Shown here in pieces: positions 51,062 through 64,000 of a DNA stretch of 64,000 nucleotides. The position numbers and the translations under genes are program-made. The first letter of the stretch is position 1. Every line of letters begins with the position of its first letter. The DNA is from Lytechinus pictus (taxonomy: Eukaryota): contig NC_087250.1 in NCBI RefSeq assembly GCF_037042905.1, forward strand, positions 27,716,001 to 27,780,000, given 5' to 3'. The notes under the pieces were generated by a model. That model did no database searches. It was not told where the DNA came from and was given only the letters and a program-made list of their open reading frames with translations.

Positions 51062-52129
51062 TAGTCTCTAGCTTGTCACTTTTAGGTTTGAGAACTTCAG
51101 ATCTGGGGAGAGAACGAACTTTGTTAATTGCCAGTTGGACTGCCCTGGCCCCGTGGCCCCTGGCACAGAGATGTTTCTGCAAATTCCTGGCATGGAAGGA
51201 AAAATCAGGGTCCTCGGAGCAGATACGGTGAAGTCTGAGGGCTTGACTGTAAGCGATGCCGGTTTTGCAGTAACGGGGGTGGCAGCTGGATGAGTGGAGG
51301 TACTGGTGGGTATCTGTGGGTTTAGAGTATAGGGTAGTGGTGATAGCTGTTAGACTTTTTCTGGACTGTTACATCAAGGAAGTGGGTTTCCTGTTGGGAG
51401 AAATCAGAAGTGAATTTGATGGTCCTGTGGAAAGAATTGATGTGGTCAATGAATGTATGGAGGCTGTCTTCATCCTAGACCAAAAGCTTCGGTCTCTGTT
51501 ATGTTGGTTGTTCAGCTGAACTCCGTTGGCTTCACTCACCAAATACAGAGACCGAAGTTCTAGCGCGATCTGTACAGGGGACTCAATGGCCATATGTTTA
51601 TGTACTTAAGATCGGATAAAACGGGGAAGTGAATTTGCGCGACAGCCGAGGTAAGTCACTGTTTTTGTTCCTTTTAACTTGATTTTTCTCCGTTTTTTGG
51701 CAATTAATGCCAAGAGGGAATATTAATTTGCATTTTGGTCGCGTTAATTTTCAAATTTTTTATTCATTAAAGACAAAAGTTGAAGAGCCCCGACGGGGGG
51801 ATTTTGCATTGCAAGTCCCCTAATGGTGGCTGCACGCTAGCGAGCCGTCTGTGTACGAGGAGAAATAAAAAAAAAAAAAAAAAAAGTTAAAAAACTCCTC
51901 GAAACAGACGGCTGCCAGCTGTCTATCTTCATCCCTGTTTTTTTAATCAGAATATAAAATGACAGATATCATGAGATGTAGAACAAGTCTAAGATTAAAA
52001 AACCGTTTGAACCCGTGAAAAATCTCGAGCGGTTTTTGAGATATGAGTTAAAAGAGCCGAAAATGGGTCTATTTTGTCAATTTTTTTACGCCGGAATAGG
52101 GGATTTGCCACGGTGCGCGTTAAGTGAAC

Positions 52130-53064
52130 ACACCAAGATCTGTGATGTCACAGTCCCGGGGGGGCCACTTACATTGACGAGTGGATACCATGCGCGACCA
52201 AAAAAACACGTAAAAAGGATGTCTTTTTCACGATAGGGCACGTTACGTACGTAACTTGATAAGGGTGTCAAAAACACAAAAATAATGAAAAAAGGGTGTC
52301 TATTTCGCTAGGGCAATTACGTGTTTAGGGTCGAATTTGCGGGGATGATAAAACAAAATTAAAATGTTTTATAAAGGATGTCCTTTTTGCCCCAACACTT
52401 TGTGTTTAGAGTCCAATTTGCGCGAGGTAACCCGTAACAATAAAACATTCCTGTTCTTGTTTAGGGGTTCATTTCAGGGAATATTTGCCAAGAGTATCGT
52501 TTTGTTTCCAATACTTGTTAAGGGTAGGGTTTCACACGCCAATACTTGTTAAGAGGTGCATTTTCAGAATATGGAAATTACGTGTTTAGGGTGCTTTTCG
52601 AGACCCCATGGTCGCGCATGGTATCCACTCGTGAATGGAAGTGGCCCCCCCGGGGTCACAGTACACGTACAACTCCCTCATTACTTAGTACTTATTTCAC
52701 TTATATTCTCACTTTTATAGACTCTATCACAAGGTGAGGTGTTCTCTTTATGAGAGGACAAGTACAGAGGTTTCACGACATTATATCATTGATGAATCGT
52801 TTGTCATATGATTAGAATAAGCAAAAAGAGATGTTTTGGGGTATATTTACAGCGTCCAAAAGGGGAAAGTTGTTCATCTATGTGACATATCATAGATCTT
52901 GGTCGCATTGCCAATGGGAGGATCTCCATAGCATTAGTGATCTCGACATTCAAATGCTCATAACTCTTCTATTGCTAGTCCTATTTTACTCAAACTTTTG
53001 TTGATATTCTTTGATTTTTCTGCTTTCACAAAAGCTAACTTGCTCCAAGAGTTTCATTCTCCTT
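52130..53064. mobile_element. Partial copy of the Kolobok-like MITE family seen at 10687-11299
   Basis: Near-identical to 10880-11299 and ends GTTTCATTCTCCT. The left TIR is missing. Confidence 0.8.
52155..52654. mobile_element. MITE with 8-bp TSD nested in a partial Kolobok-like copy
   Basis: GTCACAGT|CCCGGGGGGGCCACTT...GAGTGGATACCATGCGCGACCA ... TGGTCGCGCATGGTATCCACTC...AAGTGGCCCCCCCGGG|GTCACAGT. Confidence 0.88.
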
Positions 53065-54049
53065 TATTTTAATCAATGTACTTATTGGTCGCTAGAGATG
53101 AGCCACAAGTTCTGCTATCCTTAGGCTTAGCCTGGTCACGTCAGTAACATTTTCTCACGTTTTAGCATTTGACTTCGAGAAAATATTGAATGCTTGAATT
53201 TGAAGAAGGGAAAAGGAGGTTACAATTCTCCGATTTAAAATTCAAAGTCCAACATTATTAAGGTACTGAGTGAGTAAATTATAGTAAAATGGAGTGAGGT
53301 AAGGCCTTAGTCGTTGGTAATATTATGGCAAGTCCCACATATTCATATTTGTGTAAGTTAATTTGTAACAAATGACGGATAGTGTACTTAAATGGAGCTG
53401 GAGATATAGAAAGTGAAATGGGAATTAGCCTACGTCATGACTAGAGTGAAAATAGGGAAATAAACAAGAGATGGCAGTAGATCTACAGCGATTCCACTCA
53501 TTATATTTGCATGAAAGGAGGTGTTGAAAGTGTGAGGCCGGGCGGGAGAAGTGCCCATTGCAAAATAAAAATTTCGGACACTTGACTGGTCTTCACTTTA
53601 TTAATTGGACCAAAACAAAAATATATAATCATTCATTGAATCAAATAAAAATCATGTCTATTTCTGAAGTACAAATGTTGAATATTAATGTCATTAAAAA
53701 AAGGAATTGAAAAAATATGACCAGTAGATCATGTAGATCTAAACCGTAAACGGAAATTATTTACTTATCATCTCATCAGCTCAGTGGCAAATTGTCCATA
53801 GTCTGGACTGGAGTGCCCACGGGTACATTACCGGTACCGCCGCCGTGCACAGGATAACTACTGGCACGGCACTTGCAATGCCTTTTAGTGCGGTTTCTTT
53901 TAAACTAGCGATAGCTAAAGATTTTATGTAAGATAAGCTTTGGATATGAAACTTACCAAACGATATAAAGCCAATTTCAATTCCTCTCTGTCTTTCTGGT
54001 ACTTTATATCAAACATTTTTCTTGATGTTGAAGCAGGCATGCAGCCGAT

Positions 54050-54388
54050 TCGCTGGTTTACTCTATACGCACTGAGAGGGCGCGCGATATTATTTAATAA
54101 ACTTGCTTGTTTCCGCTTGTTTCCGTCGTTTAGGTTAGATCAGCTGTACTACTGGTTGCGTTCTAGGCGCTCCGCATTTTTTTCGCTGTTCAGCATTATT
54201 TTATGATGTAGCGCCATCAGCGATTATACGTGAGATGCCTGTTGATTTTTTTTGGTACAATTTCCTATTATGCGCCGGCGACTTGAATCTAGACTGTTCG
54301 ATAGGAAAAATTCGCATTTCGATTGTTGTTTGCCTAATTTCCACCGCAGTATTAAGGATCGGACGGAGTAACTGGCTGAGATTTGGAG
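54050..54388 (+). promoter_or_regulatory. Putative promoter / non-coding first exon of the release factor gene
   Basis: Locally CpG-rich, with tandem TTGTTTCCG (ETS-like) motifs at ~54107-54126 and a strong donor GAG|GTAAGT at 54388/54389. The acceptor at 56603 needs an upstream exon. Confidence 0.45.
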
Positions 54389-54400
54389 GTAAGTGTTTAA

Positions 54401-55353
54401 GGACGTTCCACAGTTATGTTTGTGCGCATTATGATCTGCGCATAGTTTACACTCTGCGCGCTGACGTCACAATGGATGAACGGGTGATTAATTAGATGCG
54501 GGTATGCGCTGATTTTTCTCATCTTCTGCACTTAAACTGCAGATCCGATGCGTTATTTCATGAAGCTAAAAAATGGAATTATTCCATGGACCATTAAAAA
54601 AAAAAAATATCTACAATTTCAAAATACTTTACTCTTATCTGCAGTGCTGCCAAAAATCACGAATATTACCTCGAGTTTGAATAAATGGGAGAGTGGTTTT
54701 GTTTATTTCTTCACATAGATACAAAGCATTGGGTGCATTTTTGGTGTTTCAAAAAGCACATTTGCTCTAATAAAAATGCTGATAGTTTAAAAACAAGCAC
54801 ATGAACCCCTATTTTTTAATGTTTGTACCTCTTAGGTATACCTTCCTCTGCAACTCTGCAAATTTTGGTGAAAATGACATGGATTTTGAATAAAGTGCAG
54901 CATTTATTGTACGTTTGTAGTTTGTTACTGAAATTTCACATTTTTTAGATTGGGATTTTGTTATCTCTTACGTCATTTTTAAGAACTGACAGTGCTGTTA
55001 AACTTAAAATTGCAAACAAATAGCACTATGAATAGATTCTCCATTCTAACGATACAATTATTAACTCTCTTGCGAAATTTGATGACTTTTTTCACGTATT
55101 TTGACTGAGTAATAGAGAATTAAACTCATTGTAGTAATCTTGGACGGTCTAAAAATGCCAAATTCTTTTGAATGCGCAATTCTTAAGAACATCAATTTGG
55201 GTGAACTTTGAAGCTCTATAGCAAAAAATCAAGCACATGGACCTATGTTAATTTTTTCATATTTCGAGTATTAAGGTTCTAAAGTATCTATGTGCAAAGT
55301 TTGGTGAAAATGGGTGAAAATGACATGGATTTCACTTTAACTGTGGAACGTCC
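54401..55353. mobile_element. Kolobok-like MITE (TTAA TSD, GG..CC)
   Basis: TTAA|GGACGTTCCACAGTTA ... TAACTGTGGAACGTCC|TTAA. Confidence 0.85.
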
Positions 55354-56171
55354 TTAAAATCCATTTTTATTAATAAGATAGAGCACCAATTTTAAAACTA
55401 GATTACATTATAAGATTTAGACGAATAAATTTAGTACACTGTAAAGATTTAGGCGTGTTTCATATTCACACATTCTTGGTGATGAATGAAAACGTCAAAG
55501 TTCATTATGAAATGACATGCGTTGTGCGAGGTTAGTACAACTAACCTCGCATGCTTGTGTGAGTGGGAGTGTTGGGACTGTATACAATGCCGGATAGATC
55601 TGGACCATTTCTGCACAGCGATTTGGAGACCGCTGATTGGTCAATCATGTCATGACTACGTGGTCGCCATACGCCAAAACGGAAACGGAAGTATCGATAG
55701 CGGTAACGATATCCTGTCACATTGTATACGGTCTTGGTTCGTGATCGGATCGCTCCAGCTCAGTGTAGCTAGGCCTATTGATCGAATATTATCAAGACGC
55801 TGCAATTTATTTTATGCATATTCAAGCGACGCTCCAAAAGGCAGTGGCTGGATGACGTAATTTAATAAGGGTCTTTGTTAAGTTTGTTCTGAAAACGAGC
55901 GTACACTCTTCAACAGCACGCATTTCCCATTCAGTCGGCAGATATGTTGGATGTTTTGAAGAGTGCCATATTATTAGAAAGGGTGTCAAATTTTCCGCCG
56001 TGGCCATTCCAGTTTTTCTTGCGATAGATTGAACAAGTGCGATCTCGGCAGCGATATTTCTGGTGGAAATCACTTCCCCCTTATCAGATTGTCTGTCTTG
56101 AAAAGAATAAAGATTTACCATCATCTTCATTTTACAGTCACCATGATCTCCAAAAGAGTGGAGGTATCACC

Positions 56172-56212
<41 letters not shown>

Positions 56213-56655
56213 TCTCATTGTCAAAACATTTACAAGCAAAGTGTATCATTATCATGTTCTAGATAGATGACACAATATTATTTTAACCCTTTGCCCACCA
56301 CGGACACCCTCCTGCGCCGCATTAATTTCAAGGTGCAACCTTTAGAGGGGTTTAGCATGGATGGACTCTGCTAATACAGCTCACTTAAGCTTTTGTTTGG
56401 AATTGGTTTAGTGTAAAGAAAAGCTTTGCGATGCACTCATCACTAATTTGTGTATGAACAATAGACTAATTGCACTTGGTTTGTATTGTGAATAGAATGT
56501 GGCTTGAATCTAACTTGGCTGTCTGCTCTCTGTGACTAGTTGAACAATACAGGCAAAGAGTTAATAATTTTTTTTTTTATTCTTTCTTCCCACCTTTCCT
56601 CAGAAGGAGTGTACCGAATATTTACTAGAAGGAGTAGGCCTATTGTTTGCAGAAG

Positions 56656-59600
56656 ATGAATAGCATGATTCAAAGAACAACAAGACTTGTTTCATCTTGT
56701 AGACTTCAACTACAGGTGTTTGCAGCATGTCACAGTCACTCACATACAGCAAGGCATAGTGTGATTCACTTTCCTGACAGTCTAAAAACACATGGAGGAG
56801 AGGCTAATGTTTCGTATACTGGCAGAGTTTTTAAACCGAATCTGTCAGCATTATCACAACATAGATCAGAGTCAGACATTTGTAAGCTCCAAAGAGCTCT
56901 TTGTAGGAATTTGAAACAAAGCTCGTCATTGCTATGTCAGGCGAACCAAGTTAATTGCATAAGTGTCGGTCCAAGGAGACTCAGGGATAGTAGACAGATG
57001 TTGAATAGACCGGTGCACCATCATTTCTCAACAAGAGCTTCATATTCTGCAATGAATGTTTGCCGCAAGAGAAGTTATTACCAGTCTGCAGCTACTAGTG
57101 CCTTCACATGTTGCAGAGTTCAGAGGTATGGATCCAGCGCTATTGGAAATGAGACCGGTGATCCCCTCTCACCTAAGAGCCCACAGTTCAGATGCTACAT
57201 GGATCATCTGAGAAATGAGCACCAGGCCATCTCAGATAGACTGCAGGTTAGTACCATTCTCTTTCCTGCAGTAGTATTGAGAGGAATCTAACATTTTATT
57301 TACCTGTTCAGGGATCTGTTTCATTAAACTTGTTTTAAACAAATCTGCAAAGCTAATGAAGTCCTTCAATGTGATTGGCTGGTAGTAAATTTGTTATTGA
57401 AATGGTTCATTATAATAAGTCTTAATGAAATGGGACCGAGACCCGTTTCCACAAACAGTTGTAAACATTATTGCAACATGCGTACAAACCTTGATTGTGA
57501 TTGGTTGCTGAGCCATGTTTAAATTCAAATTCAAATTATTCAACACTCATCATAAAAACACATTACAAAATAATACAAGTATTACACAAAGGGAGATATA
57601 AGAAATAGAATGACAAACAGAAGGTAGCACTTAATGAGAGTGTCAGAGGTAGCAGAAAGGAGGAGATTCCTTTTATAATTGCTACCCCAACAAAATCCTA
57701 AAGTTGAAAGTTGTAGATGTACATAAAAAAATACTACACATGAGATATAAGATATAGCAGTCATATTTTCCCTTTTATTGTTTTGTTTGTTTTAATAGGG
57801 AGGGGAGCCGTTGTCAGACTCTAAACAGAAGGAGCTCAGGGGATCCATGATGGAGCTTGGTGAGATCCTTGAGAAATGGAACGAACTGATTTCAATGGAA
57901 GAAGAGATCGATAAAATTCAGCATCTTATCCAAGGTAGGTAGTGGTCATGATATAAATGTGATTTTAGAAAAATATGAAAAATAAGAATAAATTTGTGAT
58001 ACATCAGCAGGCATTCTGATTACTAGGAGGAGCCGTAGTGTAGTGGTTCTGACTTTTGCCTTGTAAACAGAGGGTCGTGTGTTCGAATCCCTCCGCAGTC
58101 TGGTGTCATTTGGCAAGGCGTTAATCCACACTTTGCAACTCTCGACCCAGGTGCTAAATGGGTACCCGGTAGGATGTGAAAGTCATTGTAGCTTGTCCAG
58201 TACTGTGTGCGCCTCACAGGCGACTGACTGGAATAGTCCCCAGGGAGTGGAGGATGCGCACACATTGTGCGCGAAATGACTGATTGAATCCGATGACCTG
58301 GGTAATAATATATTTGTAAAGCACGTAGACACGTCGTTCCGATGTATTAAGCACTATATAAAAGCGGATTATTATTGTTATTAACTAAAACTAAAAGTGT
58401 TTTTAGTCAATGCTTCTGTGGAATGCAAGTGTTCATGTCCTCCGGCAGTATCCATGACAGTTTATTTCTAATTTGTCTTTAAAGGAAAATGAAACCTTTG
58501 GAACAAGACAGCTTGTGTGAAAACAGAAAAATCAAGGAGACAGATCAATGAAAGTTTAAGAAAATTGAATGAAAAATAAGAAAGTTATGAGCATTTGCAG
58601 TTTAGATTATTATTGTAATGTAGATCCTCCCATTGGCAATGTGACAAAGATGTGTGATATCACATGTGAACAACTTTCCCATTGTTTCTGTGTATATTTC
58701 ACTTAAAATGTCTCTTTTATCACATCTATCAGTAGATCTATCAATAATATTTTTATAGGAGGGCTTGTAATACAGATTTTCAAAGAATACATTATGGTTT
58801 AACCCTAACTAGGCCGGGCTTTTTTGGCTGTTCTGTGGCCGGGGGGGGGGGGGGGTTGATTCAACCCCCCCCCCTGAGATCTCGGCCGCCGATCGCGCGA
58901 GCACCCCAAATTTTTGCATGCTGGTAGTGTGCGATGTAATCTACAAGGCTGTATGGTAAAATTTCCCAAAATAATGAGATTTTATTTTATATGAATTAAT
59001 TATGCTAATTTATGCATAAATCATACTTTTTGCTCTAATTCACTAAATAAAGCTCCTAGAATGCTAATTTTTGGTAAAAATATTCTTTGCAGCATTCTTA
59101 ACGATGGCAATTGAAAAAAACTTCGGTTTGGAAATCAATTTCTTTTGTATTTTATTGTTTTATGAATTTCATATGTATTTCTTTGTTTTCAACCTTTTGT
59201 TTTTCTTTGTTTTTTTCACCAGATTTATTGCACAACCTTTTTGAAGCATAATTATACTAAAATCAATTGCTTTCAGCTGTTTAAAGTAAAAATAATCATA
59301 TCTTTATGAATAAGATGAGAAAACTCAATTTGCATTGACTTTGTACACAAAATCACGTTTTGGAACAATTTTTGGTCTGACATGCACTTACAAAATGTTG
59401 CGTGATTTCGGAACCGCGTACCTGGGCGTCGTAAATTTGGTCTCAAAAGATGCGCAAGACTTAAAAGTATAAACTCTGTTAGTGGCGCGGTCAAAAAATT
59501 TCACGCGGCGGAATGATCGCAGAAAATGTTGAGGGGGGGGGGGTTGATTCAACCCCCCCCCCGGCCATTTTAGGGTTAAGTGTTTGTATCACCATAAGAA

Positions 59601-62600
59601 GGAGCAAAAAGAGAGATTTAAGGGTATTTTACAGTCCATCAAAGGGAAAGTTGTTCACATGTGACATCACACATATCTGTCGCATTGCCAATTGGAGGAT
59701 CTCCATAGCATTAGTGATAGCGATATTCAACTGCTCATAACTTTCTCATTATTTGTCCGATTTTTCTCAAACTTTCTTTGATCTTATCGTTTGATTTTTC
59801 TCTTTCCACTCAAGCCCACTTAAGTTCCTTGGGTTTCATTTCTCTTTAAAACTAATTGTCAAATTGCAAACTTGTATATTATTATTTGGTCTACCATCAG
59901 TTTGTCCACTCACCACAAGGTCTTCTTTCATTTAGTCTAATGCCATTCTGTCTAATAACCAGTTGGTCCAATAGCCATTTAGTAATTATACCATTTGGTC
60001 TAATTGGACTAAGTGTTAAATTGTGCAAAGTGAATGAAAATAGTATGGATATTAGACCAACTGGTTATGAGACGAAATGGCCATAGATGAAATGGTGATT
60101 AGGCGAAGTGATGATTGGACTATTTTGGGTTAATGGACCAAATGGATGTTAGACAAAATGTTGATGGATGGAATGGCATTAGACTAAATAAAAGTAGACC
60201 ATGTGGTGAGTGGACGAGTTGGCAAATACCATAATAGTATTAACTTTTATGCAACGGGGCACTGATGTTCTTTGAGACCATTTTCTCCTAATTGATTGGA
60301 AGTTTCATGAAGATTGTATAATGTGCAGGTCTCATGCTTGAATGAACCCTGAATTCCTTTTATTCTGTTAATCATTAGATGGTCATGATAAAGAGATGCA
60401 GGATCTAGCTCTATCTGAGAAGGATCAACTCCAGGACAGGATTGAAGATTTATCACAAGTGGTAAGACCAAGAAAATCTCAATAGGCTCATTTTTTTCTC
60501 AGGTATCGTTTTTTTGTGATGAGCTGTGTGAAGGTATGTGACTATATATATTTTTTTTCTGGTTGCTTTTCTTTAAGCCATATATTACATAATATAACAT
60601 AATAATTTCTGTAAAATTCAAATTTTCTTTCTTCATTGAGTTGTAGAGCAGTTTTTTAGCTGAACCAGACTATGCTCCACTGTTTTTACCACGTGTGATC
60701 GATAAAAAATGAAATAAATGAATATATTTCCTTTGGTTTGAAGGAAAATTGTTCACATGAATTTATTTTGGATGAAAATAGTCCATTTGGATGATTTTTT
60801 TAGTAATCTATGCCCATTGTGGATTATGGTAAAATATTACATTTTGCTTTGATGTACAATATATGATTTTTTGCATCATTTTTCATTACATAATTCTGAT
60901 CTGATTTGGCAGATGCTAATTATCATTTAATGTAGTCATTCTTATTGTCATACAATTCAAATGCTGTTTCAAGGGAGAGGGCCAACAGTACACAAGGCAT
61001 TGATAGGCTGCACGTATTCAGACCCTTATTTACTGGAGTGAAGAGTTTGCACCACAGACGTGGGGCCAGTTTCATAAAGAGTTACAACTGTTGTAACTTT
61101 GCCATTATGGCAACTTCCATGGTAACCTTGATTTTGATTGACTGTTGAGCCCTGTTACCATGGTAGTTGCCATTATGGCAAAGTTACTGCAGTTGTAACT
61201 CTTTATGAAACAGGCCCCAGCATTTAATCTTGTCTGATCCATTAAAAGTGTCCTAGACGCGGTAACACAAATCTTTCATTTGATCGTTGAACCGATTTTC
61301 ATGCTTTATTATGTATTATGTTGTGATCATTATAACAGCAATCAAGCCAGCATATATATTGCATACTCTGCGCTATGCCATTTGCTCTGATGAGGATTGC
61401 TCTGCTCTAAATTGCACATACTAATTGAATAACCATCTTCAACCCTGGGTTTAACACTATACCCTATCCAACATACATGTATAACCCTTTATCTTAGATA
61501 AAATTAACCCCTGAGTAATTGTCGCAGGAGCAAATGTCGTGTCACTGCAAATCAAGCCATAAATATGATCATGTACATTTAACCGGTGATCAAGTTAGCA
61601 AATCTGGGCTCCGTTGCATAAAAGTTACCATCATGGTAACTTTACCTTCCAATGGTAACTTGCATGTAATCCTTGATTTTGATTGGTTGTTGGTCATTGT
61701 TACCATGGTAGTTACCACTGGATGACAAAGATACCATAATAATAATTTTTATGCAACGGGGTCCCAGTGTCTGATCAAACCATAAGGTTTGTGTGACAGT
61801 CAATTCCATCTCATTTCTTTTGTCTTTCCTCTATAGTTGGTTGACCTTCTAATGTCCTCCGAAGAGACTAATGATAATGATGTCATAATGGAGTTTTCAG
61901 CAGGTGTGGGAGGTCAAGAAGCTATGCTGTTTGCCTCTGATATGTTTGACATGTATCAACGATATGCAGATTACAGACGTTGGTCCTTTACAATCCTTGA
62001 GTACTTTACCTCAGATATAGGTTAGTAAAAGTCGTATTGTTTGGAACTGGAAAAATGTTGATGAAACGCTCCCCTGTGATAAAGGAGTCTTTGTTATGTA
62101 TGAGTAGCATGATCATCATGGTATGTTATTTTGAGACGATAGCTCTTTTCTGTCCTTGATATTTTCATCTGGTATCATATTGCAAAGCATGTTCAGATCT
62201 TTTCGAACTAATTGACTGATTGCAAACAAAATTGCTAAATGGACTGACTAATCAAGACCAATGTTACATGCGCATTTTGTTCAACATACTAACCAGGAAC
62301 CAATCAGAAGTGTTCTTTTATATTTACAGGTACTTTTTTTTCTTTTGATCCCCTTTCCTTTCTCTCTCCATATATCTCTTGATCCTGGCAATATGTACGA
62401 ATGTAGTCTTGGAAGTTTTAATTATACCTAAGATCAATAGTATACAGTATACAGGATATGTTTAAACATTGTACCGTAAAGTGTAATTAATGAAATGTAT
62501 ACTTGTTTTTGTAGTTGTGTAATTCCCATTCATTTCAGTTTGTTAACTAATGTGGATAATTTAAATTAATACCATTTATCTACATGTATCGATCTATTCA

Positions 62601-62869
62601 TCTATCAATGCCTGATCTTTATCTGGATAAAGCAGTTTCTATTACCGAAGAGACCACCCTGTCTAAAAAAATAGATAAATCAGTTACTTCAATTTTTTTT
62701 CCTAGGTGGATTAAGGCATGCTACCGTTAGTATCACCGGTGATCAAGCTTATCGTCTTCTAAGACAGGAGGCTGGCGTCCATCGTGTTCAGAGGGTACCA
62801 AAGACAGAGAGACAAGGGCGTATACATACAAGCACCATGTCAATAGCGGTACTTCCACAACCTAAAGAG
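56656..62869 (+). CDS. MTRF1L: Mitochondrial peptide chain release factor 1-like, 5' part; exons 56656-57246, 57799-57934, 60379-60461, 61837-62020, 62706-62869
   Basis: GT-AG introns with consistent phases (0,1,0,1,0). Motifs [26 protein letters not shown] and [32 protein letters not shown] (PxT motif of RF1). R/S-rich N-terminal extension. The catalytic GGQ exon lies beyond the window. Confidence 0.92.
58026..58380 (+). mobile_element. tRNA-derived SINE in an intron
   Basis: A-box TAGTGTAGTGG, B-box GTTCGAATCC, central GACCCAGGTG..AATGGGTACC, and a tail ...CTATATAAAAGCGGATTATTATT. Confidence 0.85.
58483..59845. mobile_element. Kolobok-like MITE containing a nested piggyBac-like MITE (58803-59575)
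   Basis: TTAA|AGGAAAATGAAACC ... GGTTTCATTTCTCT|TTAA. Inner element TTAA|CCCTAACTAGGCCGG ... CCGGCCATTTTAGGG|TTAA. Confidence 0.85.
61061..61219. mobile_element. Short (~160 bp) palindromic MITE; relatives at ~8462-8622, 57310-57437 and 61605-61766
   Basis: TGGGGCCAGTTTCATAAAGAGTTACAACTG ... CAGTTGTAACTCTTTATGAAACAGGCCCCA, with a central GATTG(G/A)CTG motif shared by the relatives. Confidence 0.8.
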
Positions 62870-64000
62870 GTATAAACCAAGGGCGTATACATACTATTTC
62901 CATGTCTGTAGTGGCACTACCACAACATAAAGAGGTACAAAAACAAGGGCGTATATAAACAAGTACCATGTCAATAGCGGTACTACCACAACCCAAATAG
63001 GTATAAACCAAAGGCGTATACATACTAGTACCATGTCAGTAGCGGTACTACCACAACCCAAAGAGGTATAAACCAAAGGCGTATACATACAAGCACCATG
63101 TCTATAGCGGTACTACCACAACCCAAAGAGGTATAAACCAAAGGCGTATACATACTAGTACCATGTCAGTAGCGGTAATACCACAACCTAAAGAGATATA
63201 AACCAAGGGCGTATACATACTAGTACCATGTCAATAGCGGTACTACCACAACCCAAAGAGGTATAAACCAAAGGCGTATACATACTAGTACCATGTCAAT
63301 AGCGGTACTACCACAACCTAAAGAGATATAAACCAAGGGCGTATACATACAAGTACCATGTCAATAGCGGTACTACCACAACCCAAAGAGGTATAAACCA
63401 AAGGCGTATAAATACAATACCATGTCAATAGCGGTACTACCACAACCTAAAGAGATATAAACCAAGGGCGTATACATACTAGTACCATGTCAATAGCGGT
63501 ACTACCACAACCCAAAGAGGTATAAACCAAAGGCGTATAAATACCAGTACCATGTCAATAACGGTACTACCACAACCTAAAGAGATATAAACCAAGGGGG
63601 TATACATACTTGTACTATGTCAATAGCGGTACTACCACAACCCAAAGAGATATAAACCAAGGGCGTATACATACTAGTACCATGTCGATAGCGGTACTAC
63701 CACAACCCAAAGAGGTATAAACCAAAGGCGTATAAATACAAGCACCATGTCAATAGCGGTACTACCACAACCCAAAGAGGTATAAACCAAAGGCGTATAT
63801 ATACAAGCACCATGTCTATAGCGGTACTACCACAACCCAAAGAGATATAAACCAAGGGCGTATACATACTAGTACCATGTCAATAGCGGTACTACCACAA
63901 CCCAAAGAGGTATTAACCAAAGGCGTATACATACTAGTACCATGTCTGTAGCGGTACTACCACAACCTAAAGAGATATAAACCAAGGGTGTATACATACA
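62813..64000 (+). repeat. 65-bp minisatellite (at least 18 copies) derived from the exon 3' end plus splice donor
   Basis: Unit CAAGGGCGTATACATACTAGTACCATGTCAATAGCGGTACTACCACAACCCAAAGAGGTATAAAC. The first unit is the coding exon end. Confidence 0.95.

Larger units (their letters stand above)
44815..51475 (-). mobile_element. Penelope-like retroelement, 5'-truncated and decayed (RT thumb plus GIY-YIG endonuclease), interrupted by two DNA elements
   Basis: Minus-strand fragments IKFTSDFSQQETHFLDV, KPTDTHQYLHSSSCHP, IAYSQALRLHRICS, RIPLVTTFHP, AYRRPPNIRDLIVRA and NVVYLITCRVCRVQYIGET..LKKRF.GH (~48830-51475). Hammerhead-like motif at 45012-45050. The distal boundary is approximate. Confidence 0.85.

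Noticed and set aside
58026..58100. Functional tRNA gene
   Set aside because: A and B boxes are present but the acceptor stem is poor, and it continues into a SINE body and tail.
61901..61920. GGQ in AGVGGQEA as the catalytic release-factor motif
   Set aside because: This is the conserved domain-2 GxGGxEA segment. The catalytic GGQ follows the PxT region and lies beyond the window.

Overview
AT-rich, repeat-dense animal genomic DNA. The repeat landscape suggests an echinoderm such as a sea urchin, but this is inference. Two host genes are visible: an intronless B-box/coiled-coil/beta-propeller (TRIM/NHL-like) ORF at 6289-7947, and the 5' part of a spliced mitochondrial class-1 release factor gene (MTRF1L-like; coding exons 56656-57246, 57799-57934, 60379-60461, 61837-62020, 62706-62869) that runs off the window. 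The rest is nested mobile DNA: a decayed Tx1/L1-type LINE split by two DNA-element insertions; an internally deleted Gypsy LTR element; a 16.9-kb foldback element with 2-3 kb satellite-bearing TIRs and a 9-bp TSD; a CR1/L2-type LINE with an uninterrupted ORF2; a Penelope-like element with a hammerhead motif; and many MITEs with readable TIRs and TSDs. The three most notable observations are (1) a young 182-bp SINE whose head resembles the 7SL RNA Alu domain, followed by a B-box and a Deu/Nin-like core, (2) the giant foldback element with a possibly decayed spliced gene inside, and (3) a 65-bp minisatellite made from the release-factor exon end plus its splice donor.
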